A stretch of 59,564 bases of DNA. Source: Clostridia bacterium (GTDB taxonomy: Bacteria; Bacillota; Clostridia; Oscillospirales; CAG-272). The notes under the pieces are model-generated. The model saw only the letters and a list, made by a program, of their open reading frames with translations, was not told the DNA's origin and did not search any database. This document shows, piece after piece, positions 10,388-20,520 of this stretch. The DNA is taken from positions 1 through 59,564 of the forward strand of contig JAFXJH010000047.1 in NCBI GenBank assembly GCA_017532425.1, written 5' to 3'. Both the position numbers and the translations under genes were made by a program. Numbering within the stretch: the first letter of the stretch is position 1; each line of letters opens with the position of its first letter.

Positions 10388-11176
10388 ATGAAAAGAATCA
10401 TTTCTCTTCTGCTCGCTTCTCTTATGATCTTAGGACTCGTTTCCTGTAAAAAAGAGAGCGCAGATATTATCTACGAACGAATCCGCGAAAACACTCTCGC
10501 TCTCGAGTATATAAAGCTCAGTCTTTCTGTTGATTCAACGGTCAAGACGGGAGATTCCACGCTGACCATTCCCACCGATTCAGACGTCAAGATCATAAGA
10601 CAAAACGGAGAGCTTTCCTATCTTTCTACGTCCATAGTCCGCTTTATGGTCGAAGACAAAATGGCGCGAGTAACTCTTCAGCATTATTATGACGGCGGTA
10701 TTTTATATCAGTCGGCGGGCGACGTGAAGATGAAGCATGAGATTTCCGAAGAAAAATTCTGGGAAGGCAACGTAAGTGCAGAGACTATCATTTTGAAGCT
10801 TCCGTCCGACCTTCTCGCTAATGCCGAAGTCGAGACCAAAAAGAAGGTAAGCACGTTTGAGGTCATTATTCCCTCCGAAAAGATAAGCAGCGACCTCAAA
10901 GCACAGCTCGACCGGATAGCAAAGCTTTACAGCGAAGCAAAATACGACGACGGAAAATACAGCTACGGTGATCTTGAGGTTGCCGTTACAACTACGTCAG
11001 ACGGCTTCATCGCAGCATGTGCAATGCTCTTTACCACAAGCGGAAGCGTTTCGGGCGTGGCTACAACCGAAAACATCCTTCTTTCATACGAGGTAGTAAA
11101 TCCCGGCTCGTACTTCGGTATGCAGCCTCCCTTCCCCGCAGGTCAGTACGAGGACGGCGAATTCTCTATTAAATAA
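10388..11176 (+). CDS. Hypothetical lipoprotein
   Basis: Signal peptide with lipobox LVSC; RBS AAGGA. Confidence 0.75.
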   Translation: MKRIISLLLASLMILGLVSCKKESADIIYERIRENTLALEYIKLSLSVDSTVKTGDSTLTIPTDSDVKIIRQNGELSYLSTSIVRFMVEDKMARVTLQHYYDGGILYQSAGDVKMKHEISEEKFWEGNVSAETIILKLPSDLLANAEVETKKKVSTFEVIIPSEKISSDLKAQLDRIAKLYSEAKYDDGKYSYGDLEVAVTTTSDGFIAACAMLFTTSGSVSGVATTENILLSYEVVNPGSYFGMQPPFPAGQYEDGEFSIK

Positions 11177-11185
11177 TCGGATACA

Positions 11186-11229
11186 AAAAGCGTATCGGCA
11201 GAAATTCTTACCGATACGCTTTATTTTTT
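11186..11229. terminator. Bidirectional terminator
   Basis: AAAGCGTATCGG...CCGATACGCTTT with A/T tails between convergent genes. Confidence 0.8.
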
Positions 11230-11250
11230 ACTCAAAGCAGTGATTTTAAA

Positions 11251-12030
11251 TCAGAAAACAAACTTTTTAACGAAATCACGTGTAAATTCTATTCCGAAGT
11301 TGCCAAGCTCGCCCATCCACGTTCTTGAATGAGGCTCTATACTAAGATCGCCGTCATATTTTCTCGCATACAGAATCGAGAATACCGAGCCCCACTGAAT
11401 ATCGTCCATACCTGCAGGCGGATCATCGACCGGTCTTCTTCCTGCGCGTGTCGTTCCCTTAACGTGGAAATGCGCTATTCTGTCGCCCCAATCGGAGAGT
11501 TCCGCGAGATAGTTTGCATTTCTGTTATACGCGTGCGACGGGTCGTACTTGATATACAGCTCGGGAATTTCACCGAGAACGATATCCCAGTTTTCGGGAG
11601 AAACAACGAAATTGTTCCAGTTACAGTTCTGCACAGCCACCTTTATTCTTCGATCTGCGTGATCAACGAGCTTTCCCAAAAACTCAACCGCGTTTACGTA
11701 GTTTCTGTAAAGGCTGATGCTGTCATCCTTATTTATTCCGCAAACAAAGGTCTTTGCGCCAAGCTCTATCGCCGCATCCATAAGGGCGATATACTGCGCT
11801 TCCTTATCTGCGTTTATCTTGCCATTTTCGTTAAGATCGTGATTCCATCTTCCTACGCTCGAAACGTCTATTCCTGTGCGCACGATCTGCTTTTTCACGT
11901 CTTCCTTTGCGTTTATCAGATTGTCAGCCTCCGCCGCGTTATTACAGCATATTTCGATAAAGCTGAGTCCGCTTTCCTTCGTACGGTCAAAATGCTCTGC
12001 CGAGTATTTGTTTATTCTTCCGATTCTCAT
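11251..12030 (-). CDS. Sugar phosphate isomerase/epimerase (TIM barrel)
   Basis: YDPSH, HFHVKG, YDGDLSIEPH. Confidence 0.8.
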   Translation of the reverse strand: MRIGRINKYSAEHFDRTKESGLSFIEICCNNAAEADNLINAKEDVKKQIVRTGIDVSSVGRWNHDLNENGKINADKEAQYIALMDAAIELGAKTFVCGINKDDSISLYRNYVNAVEFLGKLVDHADRRIKVAVQNCNWNNFVVSPENWDIVLGEIPELYIKYDPSHAYNRNANYLAELSDWGDRIAHFHVKGTTRAGRRPVDDPPAGMDDIQWGSVFSILYARKYDGDLSIEPHSRTWMGELGNFGIEFTRDFVKKFVF

Positions 12031-12112
12031 AATTTCCTCCTATGTTTAAATAAAATTTATATCGAAAAGCCGATATATTTCGTGCTATCGGCATTTCAGC
12101 TTCAAAATTCTC

Positions 12113-14200
12113 TTAAAGACCCTCTTTTTCAAAGAGCTTCTTTGCCGCGTCAAACGCCTTATAGAGCAGCTCGATATCATCGCAAAGATCAGCCATTCTG
12201 AACTCGAGCGCGCCGTGCTGACGCAGATCCCGTCCGCTTGACGAGAAGAAATCGCCCGGACCTCTGATAGCAAGATCTGCTTCGGCAATTCGGTAGCCGT
12301 CGGTAGTCGCGCAAAGTGAGTCGAGGCGTTTTTTCGACTGCTCGCCCGGATTATCGCTCACAAATATGCACCACGATTTATCCTTACCTCTTCCGACTCT
12401 TCCGCGCAGCTGATGAAGCTGTGAAAGACCGAAGCGCTCGGCGTTTTCTATCACCATCAGAGTTGCCGTCGGAACGTTTACTCCGACCTCTATTACCGTA
12501 GTCGAAACGAGTATTTTTATCTTTCCCGACACAAAATCCGACATCACCGCATCCTTTTCTGCGGGCGGCATCCTTCCGTGCAGGCATCCTATCTCTATAT
12601 CACTGAATTCGGCGGACAGCTTTTCCGCATATTCGGTAGCGTTTTTAAGGCGCGACGACGGTGCTTCAAGCTTGTTTCCGAAAAAGTCGACAAGACCGCT
12701 CGTGCTTGTCTCTCCGTCCTCTATATCTGAAGCGCTTCCCTCTATGGATGGGCAAACGACGTAGACCTGATGACCCTCAAGAGCCTGCTTGTGCATAAAT
12801 CCCTTGAGTCTTTCTCTGTAGCCCTCGTCGACAAGGAAGGTAGACACCTTTTGTCTTCCCGGTGGCAGCATATCGACCGCAGAATGGTCGAGGTCACCGT
12901 ATATAGACATCGCAAGCGTACGTGGAATAGGGGTTGCACTCATTACAAGGACGTGCATATCTTTACCCTTAGCCGCGAGAAGCTCTCTCTGGCCGACTCC
13001 GAATCTATGCTGTTCATCGGTCACGGCAAGCACGAGGTCACTGAACTTTACGTTGTCCGAGATAAGCGCGTGTGTTCCTATTACAATATCCGTTTCACCC
13101 GAGGATATATCGGCAAGCGCCTTTGTCCTTGCCGCTCTCGTCATATTTCCGACAAGAAGCGTACATTTCAGACCAAGGTTATCGAAAAGCTCGGACAGGT
13201 CGCGATAATGCTGAAGTGCAAGTATTTCCGTAGGTGCCATAAAGGCGCTCTGATGCCCGTTTTTAGCGGCGAGATAGAGTGCCGCCGCCGCGCAGACCGT
13301 TTTTCCGCTTCCAACGTCGCCCGAAACGAGTCTGTTCATCGCATTTCCCGACGCCATATCCGAGTATATTTCCTTTATTACTCGCGACTGAGCCTCGGTA
13401 AGAGTAAAAGGAAGCGCTTTCAGGAAGCTCCGCTTATCGCTATCCGAAAGCGACAGCGGTATTCCCGGGACACCCACGCGTTTTTGTGCATTTTTGGCGA
13501 TCTTAAGCGCGAAATTAAAGAGCTCCTCAAAAACGAAATATCTTCTCGCTTCGCCAAGATGCTTCAGATTCTGCGGGCTGTGTATTATCTGCACAGCCTG
13601 TGCAAAGCTTATAAGCGAATTTTCTTTTCTTATATATTCGGGGATCGGCTCATATTCGATATCCACGCTTGCAAGCGCGAGAGCGACCGTATTTCTTATT
13701 ATTTTTTGCGAAAGTCCTGCCGTAAGAGGATATATCGCATAAAAATCGGGAAGCGCGCGTGAGGTTGCCATCGATTCAAAGTCGGGCGACGACAGTGACC
13801 ACATATTTTTGCTTCTTCCGACCTTGCCGTAAAAGCGATAGACCTCCCCTTGATGGAAGAGCTGTTTTACGTACGGCTGATTGAAAAACACTACCTCACA
13901 CTTACCGCTTTCGTCAAACGCGGTGAATTTTGTAAGGTTCATTCTTCTTTTTACGGTAACCGATTTAGGCTCGCATCCTACCGTCAGTATCATGGAAGAG
14001 ACCTCTCCCGACATTGCTGCCTCGCAAAGTGAGGTTATATCTCCTCTGTTCTGATAAGCTCGGGGAAAGTATCTCAGCAGGTCTCCTACAGTATAAACGC
14101 CGAGGTTTCCGAAAAGCTCCGCCCTTTTTTCGCCGACTCCTGCAATTACCGTTATCGGAGATGAGACAGTTATTCTTTTTTCTCTTTTAACGTCGGGCAT
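12113..14200 (-). CDS. recG: ATP-dependent DNA helicase RecG
   Basis: GDVGSGKT, DEQHRFG, SATPIPRT, QLRGRVGRG; ATG at 14200 follows AGGAGG. Confidence 0.96.
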   Translation of the reverse strand: MPDVKREKRITVSSPITVIAGVGEKRAELFGNLGVYTVGDLLRYFPRAYQNRGDITSLCEAAMSGEVSSMILTVGCEPKSVTVKRRMNLTKFTAFDESGKCEVVFFNQPYVKQLFHQGEVYRFYGKVGRSKNMWSLSSPDFESMATSRALPDFYAIYPLTAGLSQKIIRNTVALALASVDIEYEPIPEYIRKENSLISFAQAVQIIHSPQNLKHLGEARRYFVFEELFNFALKIAKNAQKRVGVPGIPLSLSDSDKRSFLKALPFTLTEAQSRVIKEIYSDMASGNAMNRLVSGDVGSGKTVCAAAALYLAAKNGHQSAFMAPTEILALQHYRDLSELFDNLGLKCTLLVGNMTRAARTKALADISSGETDIVIGTHALISDNVKFSDLVLAVTDEQHRFGVGQRELLAAKGKDMHVLVMSATPIPRTLAMSIYGDLDHSAVDMLPPGRQKVSTFLVDEGYRERLKGFMHKQALEGHQVYVVCPSIEGSASDIEDGETSTSGLVDFFGNKLEAPSSRLKNATEYAEKLSAEFSDIEIGCLHGRMPPAEKDAVMSDFVSGKIKILVSTTVIEVGVNVPTATLMVIENAERFGLSQLHQLRGRVGRGKDKSWCIFVSDNPGEQSKKRLDSLCATTDGYRIAEADLAIRGPGDFFSSSGRDLRQHGALEFRMADLCDDIELLYKAFDAAKKLFEKEGL

Positions 14201-14245
14201 ACTTTTTCCTCCTTCCGCGCTCATATACTTCTTTATTACAAAAAA

Positions 14246-14308
14246 ATAATATCACAAGATAATATATTTGTCAAGACTCTTGCATAAGTGAAAAGTATTT
14301 GATATAAT
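14246..14308. promoter_or_regulatory. Back-to-back divergent sigma-A promoters
   Basis: Minus: TTGACA-N17-TATTAT (14274-14246); plus: TTGCAT-N17-TATAAT (14280-14308). Confidence 0.6.
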
Positions 14309-14380
14309 AGGTGTAATAACGTTCTGAAATACAGTAAAATAATTTTAAGTTGCACGCTTTGTGCCATACGGAGTACAGTT

Positions 14381-14623
14381 ATGAACTTTATCGAAAAAAT
14401 CGAATCTGCTCTTTCGTCTCTTGCCGACGTTGTATCCTCTATCGATTTTCCGCGTCTTTCCTGCGATATTCGCTGCAAGGCAAAGGCCTTTAAGCACAAA
14501 GAAGACGAGAAGCCTCTTGCCGAGGGTGAATACGAAAAGAAGGTCTCCTTCTCGCTTATGTGGGTGGTCGTCGGAATTACCGCCTTTATTTCCTTTATTA
14601 TGGGTGCATTAAGTGACGACTGA
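14381..14623 (+). CDS. Small hypothetical protein with C-terminal TM helix
   Basis: RBS GGAG; hydrophobic C-terminus; overlaps the next start. Confidence 0.6.
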   Translation: MNFIEKIESALSSLADVVSSIDFPRLSCDIRCKAKAFKHKEDEKPLAEGEYEKKVSFSLMWVVVGITAFISFIMGALSDD

Positions 14624-15152
14624 TAATATTAATTGTGCAAGAGCGCAGACCTGCTGCTTTACCGGGCACAGGGATATGTCCGATACGGAAAAAAGCAGAG
14701 CGTCGGAATGCATACGCTCTGCCGTAAGGTCGCTTGTCAAAAAGGGTGTCCGACATTTTATCACAGGCGGTGCTCTCGGATTTGACACCGTTGCCGCCGC
14801 AACGATAATAAATATGCGTGACAACGAGGCTCTGACCGATGCTGACGGCTCTCCCGTGCGCATCACACTTTCGCTTGCCATCCCCTGTCCGACTCAGAGC
14901 AGCAGATGGTCGTTTGCAGACAAAACACTCTATAACAGTATTATGCGCTCTGCCGACGAGGTCACGCTCGTATCCGAAAGATACACTCCCGACTGTATGT
15001 TTCGCAGAAACAGATATATGGTAGACCGCAGCGCATACTGCATCTGCTACGTAACAAAAGAGAGCGGCGGATCATATTATACTATGAACTATGCAAAGGC
15101 GGGCGGTCTCGGCATAATAAATATTGCGACCGACGTTATAAACGAGCTATGA
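14613..15152 (+). CDS. SLOG family protein (DUF1273/YpsA-like)
   Basis: CCFTGHR, FITGGALGFD, RNRYMVD, GGSYYT. Confidence 0.85.
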   Translation: MTTDNINCARAQTCCFTGHRDMSDTEKSRASECIRSAVRSLVKKGVRHFITGGALGFDTVAAATIINMRDNEALTDADGSPVRITLSLAIPCPTQSSRWSFADKTLYNSIMRSADEVTLVSERYTPDCMFRRNRYMVDRSAYCICYVTKESGGSYYTMNYAKAGGLGIINIATDVINEL

Positions 15153-15877
15153 ACGACAGAGATATTATAAAAGATTTTTACGAGGATCATCCCGACCGCG
15201 AGACCCTTATAGCCGAAGCTATGAAGCGTCTTGACTCAGGTGAGCCTGCCGCTTACATAATAGGCGAGTGGTATTTTTGGAGATACACCTTCAAATTAAA
15301 CAAGGATTGTCTTATCCCGCGTCCCGATACCGAGATAATAGTCGAGGAGGCTATCCGCGAGATACCGAAAAATTCGGTTTTCGCAGATCTCTGTACTGGA
15401 AGCGGTTGTATTGCGCTCTCGATCCTCGGTGAGCGTCCCGACCTTCGTGCGATCGCGTACGATATATCAGACGGAGCACTTGAAGCCGCTTCGGAAAATG
15501 CGCGTCTTATCGGAGTTTCCGATCGAATAAGCTTTGTAAAAGCCGATCTTTTGAGCAAAGGATCGCTCGGCGACAGTATTTTCGGTGCGATAATTTCAAA
15601 TCCGCCTTATATACGCACAGAGGTCATTGCCGACTATCCCGACCTCGCATACGAACCGCATATCGCGCTTGACGGCGGCGACGACGGTCTTATCTTCTAT
15701 CGGCATTTCGTATCCGAGTTTTCAAAAAACCTTGCAGACGGTTCAAAATTCATCTTTGAGATCGGATTCGATCAGGCTCTTGACCTTGCCGCGCTTGCGG
15801 ACAAATACGGCTTTATTTGCAAAACAGTAAAGGATTACGGCGGAAACGACCGTGCGGCTATCCTTTCGCGAAAATAA
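15149..15877 (+). CDS. prmC: Release factor N5-glutamine methyltransferase
   Basis: LIPRPDTE, DLCTGSGCIA, SNPPYI, EPHIALDGGDDGL. Confidence 0.92.
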   Translation: MNDRDIIKDFYEDHPDRETLIAEAMKRLDSGEPAAYIIGEWYFWRYTFKLNKDCLIPRPDTEIIVEEAIREIPKNSVFADLCTGSGCIALSILGERPDLRAIAYDISDGALEAASENARLIGVSDRISFVKADLLSKGSLGDSIFGAIISNPPYIRTEVIADYPDLAYEPHIALDGGDDGLIFYRHFVSEFSKNLADGSKFIFEIGFDQALDLAALADKYGFICKTVKDYGGNDRAAILSRK

Positions 15878-15882
15878 TATAC

Positions 15883-15995
15883 AAGTAAATTACCTTAAAA
15901 GGAGATAAGCGTGAAAGTTTATTTTGAGCGCTTCAAAATTCAAACCTGTTTCACGCTTAATTTACTTAAAAGGCTGAACGCCTTTTAAGTAAATT
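15883..15995. repeat. Nested inverted repeats between prmC and ddl
   Basis: Perfect 16-bp stem 15959-15974/15980-15995; 11-bp stem 15906-15916/15949-15959. Confidence 0.75.
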
Positions 15996-16044
15996 CATCC
16001 ACTATTTATGCAGCTGTCCATAGGACAGCGGAATGGAGATTAAT

Positions 16045-17085
16045 ATGAAAAAAGTTTGTCTTATTTTCGGAGGAAGATCCTCTGAGCACGAGGTTTCGCT
16101 TATGAGTGCAAGTGCAATACTCAGCGGAATAGACTCTTCAAAATACGAAACCGTCTTTCTTGGAATAACTAAAGATGGTAAATGGTACTTCTACGAGGGA
16201 GAAAGCTCAAAGATAAAGGACGGAAGCTGGATAAATGACAGCGAAAATCTCACAAAGGCTTGTCTTTCCACATCGTTTGGAGAAAAGGCTCTTCTTCTCG
16301 CTGACGGAAGAAAGATCCCGGTAGACGTTATGTACCCCGCAGTACACGGCGAAAACTGCGAGGACGGAAGACTTCAGGGGCTCTTCGAGCTTGCCGGAAT
16401 ACCTTTCGTCGGTCCCGGCAGCCTTGCTTCCGCGGTCTGTATGGACAAGAGCGTTACAAAATCTATACTTAACGAGATAAATATCCCGCAGGCAAAGGCT
16501 ATCGTTGTAAACGATTATGACAAAGCAGGCGGATATGCCGATGCTTTTGCATGGGCGGAAAAGATGGGATATCCTCTCTTTGTAAAGCCTACCTCGGCGG
16601 GCTCATCCGTCGGAAGCTCGAAGGTATCATCCAAAGACGAGCTTGCAGGTGCGCTTGACAACGCTCTTATCTACGGTGGAAAGGCTCTTATCGAGGAGTA
16701 TATCAAGGGTAGAGAGATCGAGGTAGCAGTGCGCGGAAACGACGAGCTGACCGTATCCGTCTGCGGCGAGATAGACCCCGGCTTTGAATTCTACGATTAC
16801 GACACCAAATACAAAAACGATACCGCGTCCTACTACATTCCCGCCCGACTTTCCGAGGAGACCTCGAAAAAGGTGCGCGAATACGCCAAAAAGATATACA
16901 AGGCGCTCGGATGCAGAGGTCTTTCGCGCGTCGACTTCTTCGTTACCGAAAGCGAAGACATCTTCTTCAACGAGATCAACACCCTTCCCGGCTTCACCTC
17001 GATAAGCATGTATCCCAAGCTTATGATGAACGAGGGAATGTCATTCACAGAGCTTATAAGCTCTCTTATCGAGCTCGCAAAATAA
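16045..17085 (+). CDS. ddl: D-alanine--D-alanine ligase
   Basis: FGGRSSEHEVS, HGENCEDG, GSSVG, FYDYDTKY, NEINTLPGFT. Confidence 0.95.
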   Translation: MKKVCLIFGGRSSEHEVSLMSASAILSGIDSSKYETVFLGITKDGKWYFYEGESSKIKDGSWINDSENLTKACLSTSFGEKALLLADGRKIPVDVMYPAVHGENCEDGRLQGLFELAGIPFVGPGSLASAVCMDKSVTKSILNEINIPQAKAIVVNDYDKAGGYADAFAWAEKMGYPLFVKPTSAGSSVGSSKVSSKDELAGALDNALIYGGKALIEEYIKGREIEVAVRGNDELTVSVCGEIDPGFEFYDYDTKYKNDTASYYIPARLSEETSKKVREYAKKIYKALGCRGLSRVDFFVTESEDIFFNEINTLPGFTSISMYPKLMMNEGMSFTELISSLIELAK

Positions 17086-17112
17086 TTATCCGTTCAAGCT
17101 TCAAGACCTACT

Positions 17113-18372
17113 ATGAAAAATCTACGCTATACAGAAATCGCCTGCTATCTCAGTTATGTAACGCAGGCGATAAATTTGAACCTTATTCCGCTGTTTTTCG
17201 TTATTTTTCAAACCGATTACGGAATTTCAACGGCAAAGCTTTCTATTACCGTCTTTCTTACATTTTTTCTTCAGATAGCCATAGACGCGCTCCTTGCTTT
17301 TATAGGCGAGCGTGTGAATCTGCGACTTCTGATAATACTCTCACACGTCACATCCGCCGCAGGACTTACAGCTCTTGCAATCCTCCCCGGAGTCATCGAC
17401 CCTTTTTGCGGAATAATAATTGCGGTAGTGCTCTATTCTCTCGGCAGTGCTCTTCTCGAGGTCGTTATCAATCCTATTTTCGACCGCCTGCCCAAAAAAG
17501 AGGGCGTGGGATTCACGTTTGCTCACTCATTCTACTGTTGGGGGCAGATGGGAGTTATTCTGATAAGCGCGCTTGTTCTTGCTATCTCGGACGGAAAATG
17601 GAGATTTATCCCGATATTTTGGGCGCTCCTCCCAACCTTTCTCGCAGTTTGCTGCTTTTTTCTCCCAATACCCGAAAGAGGATCGGAAGACAAGGCAAGT
17701 GACAGCCAAAATCATAAGAACGTAAAGCTCGGAAAAGGCTTTATTCTCTTTATTCTGCTTATGATATTCGCGGGTGCCGCCGAGCAGGGCGTTGCGCAGT
17801 GGGCTTCATATTTGGCCGAAAAGGGTCTCGGCTCGAGCAAGCTTCTCGGAGACCTGCTCGGACCCTGCACGTTTGCCCTCTTTATGGCGATAGGACGTAC
17901 CCTTCTCGGAGTTTCGGGAAGCAAGCTGAATCTGCGCAAGGCTCTTATAATATGCGCCCTTTCATCAAGCGTTTGCTATCTTGCGATCGCATTTCTGCCC
18001 TCTCCGATACTCTCTCTTGCCGCGTGTGCGCTATCCGGATTTGCCGTGAGCATAATGTGGCCCGCATCTCTCGACCTCGCTTCATCGGCATTCGTCTGCG
18101 GCACTACTGCATTTTCTCTGCTTTCACTTGCAGGTGACATCGGATGCACTGTCGGTCCGAGCGTAAACGGATTCGTTTCTGATATGCTTGCCGATTTCTC
18201 TCTTACAAAGAGCTTTGCCGAAATTATGAACGTCTCCTGCGATCAGGCGGCAATACGTCTCGGATTTGCCGTTACCTCTGTATTTTCGATAGCAATGGTC
18301 ATAACTCTTTTGAAAATATCGCGCAAATTCTTTTCAAAAGAGCGCTCTGACTCTACTGCGGATGGGAAATAA
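17113..18372 (+). CDS. MFS transporter
   Basis: About 12 hydrophobic segments; HSFYCWG and AGAAEQGVAQWAS. Confidence 0.85.
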   Translation: MKNLRYTEIACYLSYVTQAINLNLIPLFFVIFQTDYGISTAKLSITVFLTFFLQIAIDALLAFIGERVNLRLLIILSHVTSAAGLTALAILPGVIDPFCGIIIAVVLYSLGSALLEVVINPIFDRLPKKEGVGFTFAHSFYCWGQMGVILISALVLAISDGKWRFIPIFWALLPTFLAVCCFFLPIPERGSEDKASDSQNHKNVKLGKGFILFILLMIFAGAAEQGVAQWASYLAEKGLGSSKLLGDLLGPCTFALFMAIGRTLLGVSGSKLNLRKALIICALSSSVCYLAIAFLPSPILSLAACALSGFAVSIMWPASLDLASSAFVCGTTAFSLLSLAGDIGCTVGPSVNGFVSDMLADFSLTKSFAEIMNVSCDQAAIRLGFAVTSVFSIAMVITLLKISRKFFSKERSDSTADGK

Positions 18373-18832
18373 TATCGACCGTCATATTCCCGTATTCAAG
18401 GCGCAGCGGTGCTCCGCTTTTTGAATCTGTATACACAAGCGCGCCGTCTGTCAGTTTGAGAATGCTTACGTCGACACCGCTTATCTTATCCTGCGAAACG
18501 CTCGCTATATTATCAAAATCGGCAAGAATAAATCTGAAAATATATTTTACGTTTTCGCTTTTCTCTTCACTCGCCTCTCCGAGTGAAGAGAATTTTTTTA
18601 TCTTTTTATCTGCAGATGAGTAGAAATAATACCAATCTGACATCGCGCACTCCTCAGAAAAGCAGAGCTTTCCCGAGAGATCGTCCTCTATTTCTATTGT
18701 AAGCAAATATTCTATCCCCGATATTTTGCAAACAGCCGTATACTTTCCTGCAAGCGGCATGTATTCCGACTTTTTTTCGCACGACGTGAAAAGAAGTCCA
18801 AGCATCAGAAAGCAGATCAAAAATCTTTTCAT
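18353..18832 (-). CDS. Hypothetical lipoprotein
   Basis: Lipobox FTSC; RBS AGGAG. Confidence 0.7.
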   Translation of the reverse strand: MKRFLICFLMLGLLFTSCEKKSEYMPLAGKYTAVCKISGIEYLLTIEIEDDLSGKLCFSEECAMSDWYYFYSSADKKIKKFSSLGEASEEKSENVKYIFRFILADFDNIASVSQDKISGVDVSILKLTDGALVYTDSKSGAPLRLEYGNMTVDIISHPQ

Positions 18833-18901
18833 ATTTTACTCCTATATAATATTATATAATAAATATACTGCTCGATTTTTTGATTTATTACGCCGAAAAA
18901 C

Positions 18902-18931
18902 AAAAAACGCAGGACGTTAAAAATCCTGCGT
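18902..18931 (-). terminator. Terminator downstream of the his operon
   Basis: ACGCAGGA/TCCTGCGT stem followed by a T-run on the minus strand. Confidence 0.7.
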
Positions 18932-18960
18932 AAGCTTCACAGCAAAATATATTCGTAAAA

Positions 18961-18990
18961 TTGACATCCATTGACATCCATTGACATCCA
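18961..18990. repeat. Tandem decamer (TTGACATCCA)x3
   Basis: Direct reading. Confidence 0.9.
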
Positions 18991-19018
18991 AGGAAACATA
19001 ATTCTTTTTCCGAGTATT

Positions 19019-19804
19019 TTATTCCGCCGCCAAAATATTTTCCTTTGAGTGTGCGTCGCTTGATCTGATAAAATATCCGCCGTTTTCACTTATAAAATCG
19101 AGAAGCGTTTTTTCGGGATAAGGCAGAGTGCGGTATCCGCGCGTTATCGCGCCGTAATTTATCTCGAACGGTATTCCAAAGGGTATAAGAGCCTTTGCCG
19201 CACTGCGCGAGGACTCCATATATCTCGGGTCTGATGTGTCAAAAAACTCGTCTATCTCGATGAATTTCGTTATAAGATCGATATGTCCGATCACGTCGGG
19301 GTCAAGCTTTCTTACAACGTCGGCGACCGTCTTATAATAATCGTCTATCATAGCGTAAACGTCACCGCCCCAAAGACGCTCTGCGGCTTCCTTCAGAATA
19401 TCCGCCGTCTTATCTACCGTTACGTATTCGCCGTCCTTATAGATATAGTGCACCGAGCCTATTATGTAATCGGCTCTTTTTAAATATTCTTCGGGAACGC
19501 TCGAATAATAATCGACCTCAAGTCCGCAGAGAACCTTTATCTTATCGGCATATTTTTCTTTGAGTCCTTCTACCTGTGAAAAATAACCCGAAAGCTTTTC
19601 GTTACTCATGCAATAGCCTTTGTCAAAGAATGTAAGCGCATGCCCGGATATCCCGACCGTTTTAAGCCCTTTATCTATAGCAGAAAGCACCATTTCCTCA
19701 GGCGTATTCTTGCCGTCGCAAAAGGTGGTGTGCATATGAAGGTCAAAATCCTGTTTTCCGCTCTCCTCAAGTCGGTCAAGAAGCTTCCTCATCTCGTTTC
19801 TCAT
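19019..19804 (-). CDS. hisK: Histidinol-phosphatase, PHP (HisJ/HisK) family
   Basis: DLHMHTTFCDG, IGSVH, GHIDL, SSDAH; last gene of the his operon. Confidence 0.82.
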   Translation of the reverse strand: MRNEMRKLLDRLEESGKQDFDLHMHTTFCDGKNTPEEMVLSAIDKGLKTVGISGHALTFFDKGYCMSNEKLSGYFSQVEGLKEKYADKIKVLCGLEVDYYSSVPEEYLKRADYIIGSVHYIYKDGEYVTVDKTADILKEAAERLWGGDVYAMIDDYYKTVADVVRKLDPDVIGHIDLITKFIEIDEFFDTSDPRYMESSRSAAKALIPFGIPFEINYGAITRGYRTLPYPEKTLLDFISENGGYFIRSSDAHSKENILAAE

Positions 19805-19827
19805 GGAATATTCCTTTCAGATCTCTC

Positions 19828-20493
19828 TTATTTTGTCATTTTTTCCTGCTTTACCTTTTTGTCTATAACGTGACGCGAAGCAAGCTCGTCGTGAATATCG
19901 TCAAGCGAGATTCCCATTTCTATCATCATAACCATAACGTGGTAAACGAGATCGGAAATTTCGTATATCGTTTCCTTCTTATCGTTTGCCTTACCTGCGA
20001 TAATGACCTCTGTGCATTCCTCTCCGACCTTCTTGAGTATCTTATCGATTCCCTTTTCAAAGAGGTATGTGGTATAAGAGCCTTCCTTTTTCTCGATCTT
20101 TCTGCCCTCGATAAGCTTCATAAGACCTGCGTAAGAGAATTTGCTTTCAAGCTCTGCACGGTTTTCTTCGTTTACGTACACCTTATCGTTGAAGCAGGAC
20201 TCGCTTCCCGTATGGCATGCAGGTCCGTCCTTGAGCACGAGCACCTCGAGCGCATCTCCGTCGCAATCTGCGGTAATGCTCACGATATGCTGATAATTTC
20301 CCGAGGTTTCACCCTTGAGCCACAGCTCCTGACGCGAGCGGCTATAGAAGCAGGTAAGTCCCTTTTCCATCGAGATCTCAAGGCTTTCCTTTGACATATA
20401 TGCAAGTGTGAGCAGTTTTTTTGTTTCGGCATCTATAACGACCGCGGGAATAAGTCCCTTTTCATCAAATTTGAGTTTGTTTATATCAAGCAT
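19828..20493 (-). CDS. hisIE: Bifunctional PR-AMP cyclohydrolase/PR-ATP diphosphatase
   Basis: [32 protein letters not shown]. Confidence 0.95.
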   Translation of the reverse strand: MLDINKLKFDEKGLIPAVVIDAETKKLLTLAYMSKESLEISMEKGLTCFYSRSRQELWLKGETSGNYQHIVSITADCDGDALEVLVLKDGPACHTGSESCFNDKVYVNEENRAELESKFSYAGLMKLIEGRKIEKKEGSYTTYLFEKGIDKILKKVGEECTEVIIAGKANDKKETIYEISDLVYHVMVMMIEMGISLDDIHDELASRHVIDKKVKQEKMTK

Positions 20494-20520
20494 TTTATTT
20501 TCACCTTTCATTTTCAAGTT

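Noticed and set aside
16045-17085. Vancomycin-resistance (D-Ala-D-Lac/D-Ser) ligase
   Set aside because: The omega loop FYDYDTKY is of the D-Ala-D-Ala type and there are no vanH/X/T/R/S neighbours
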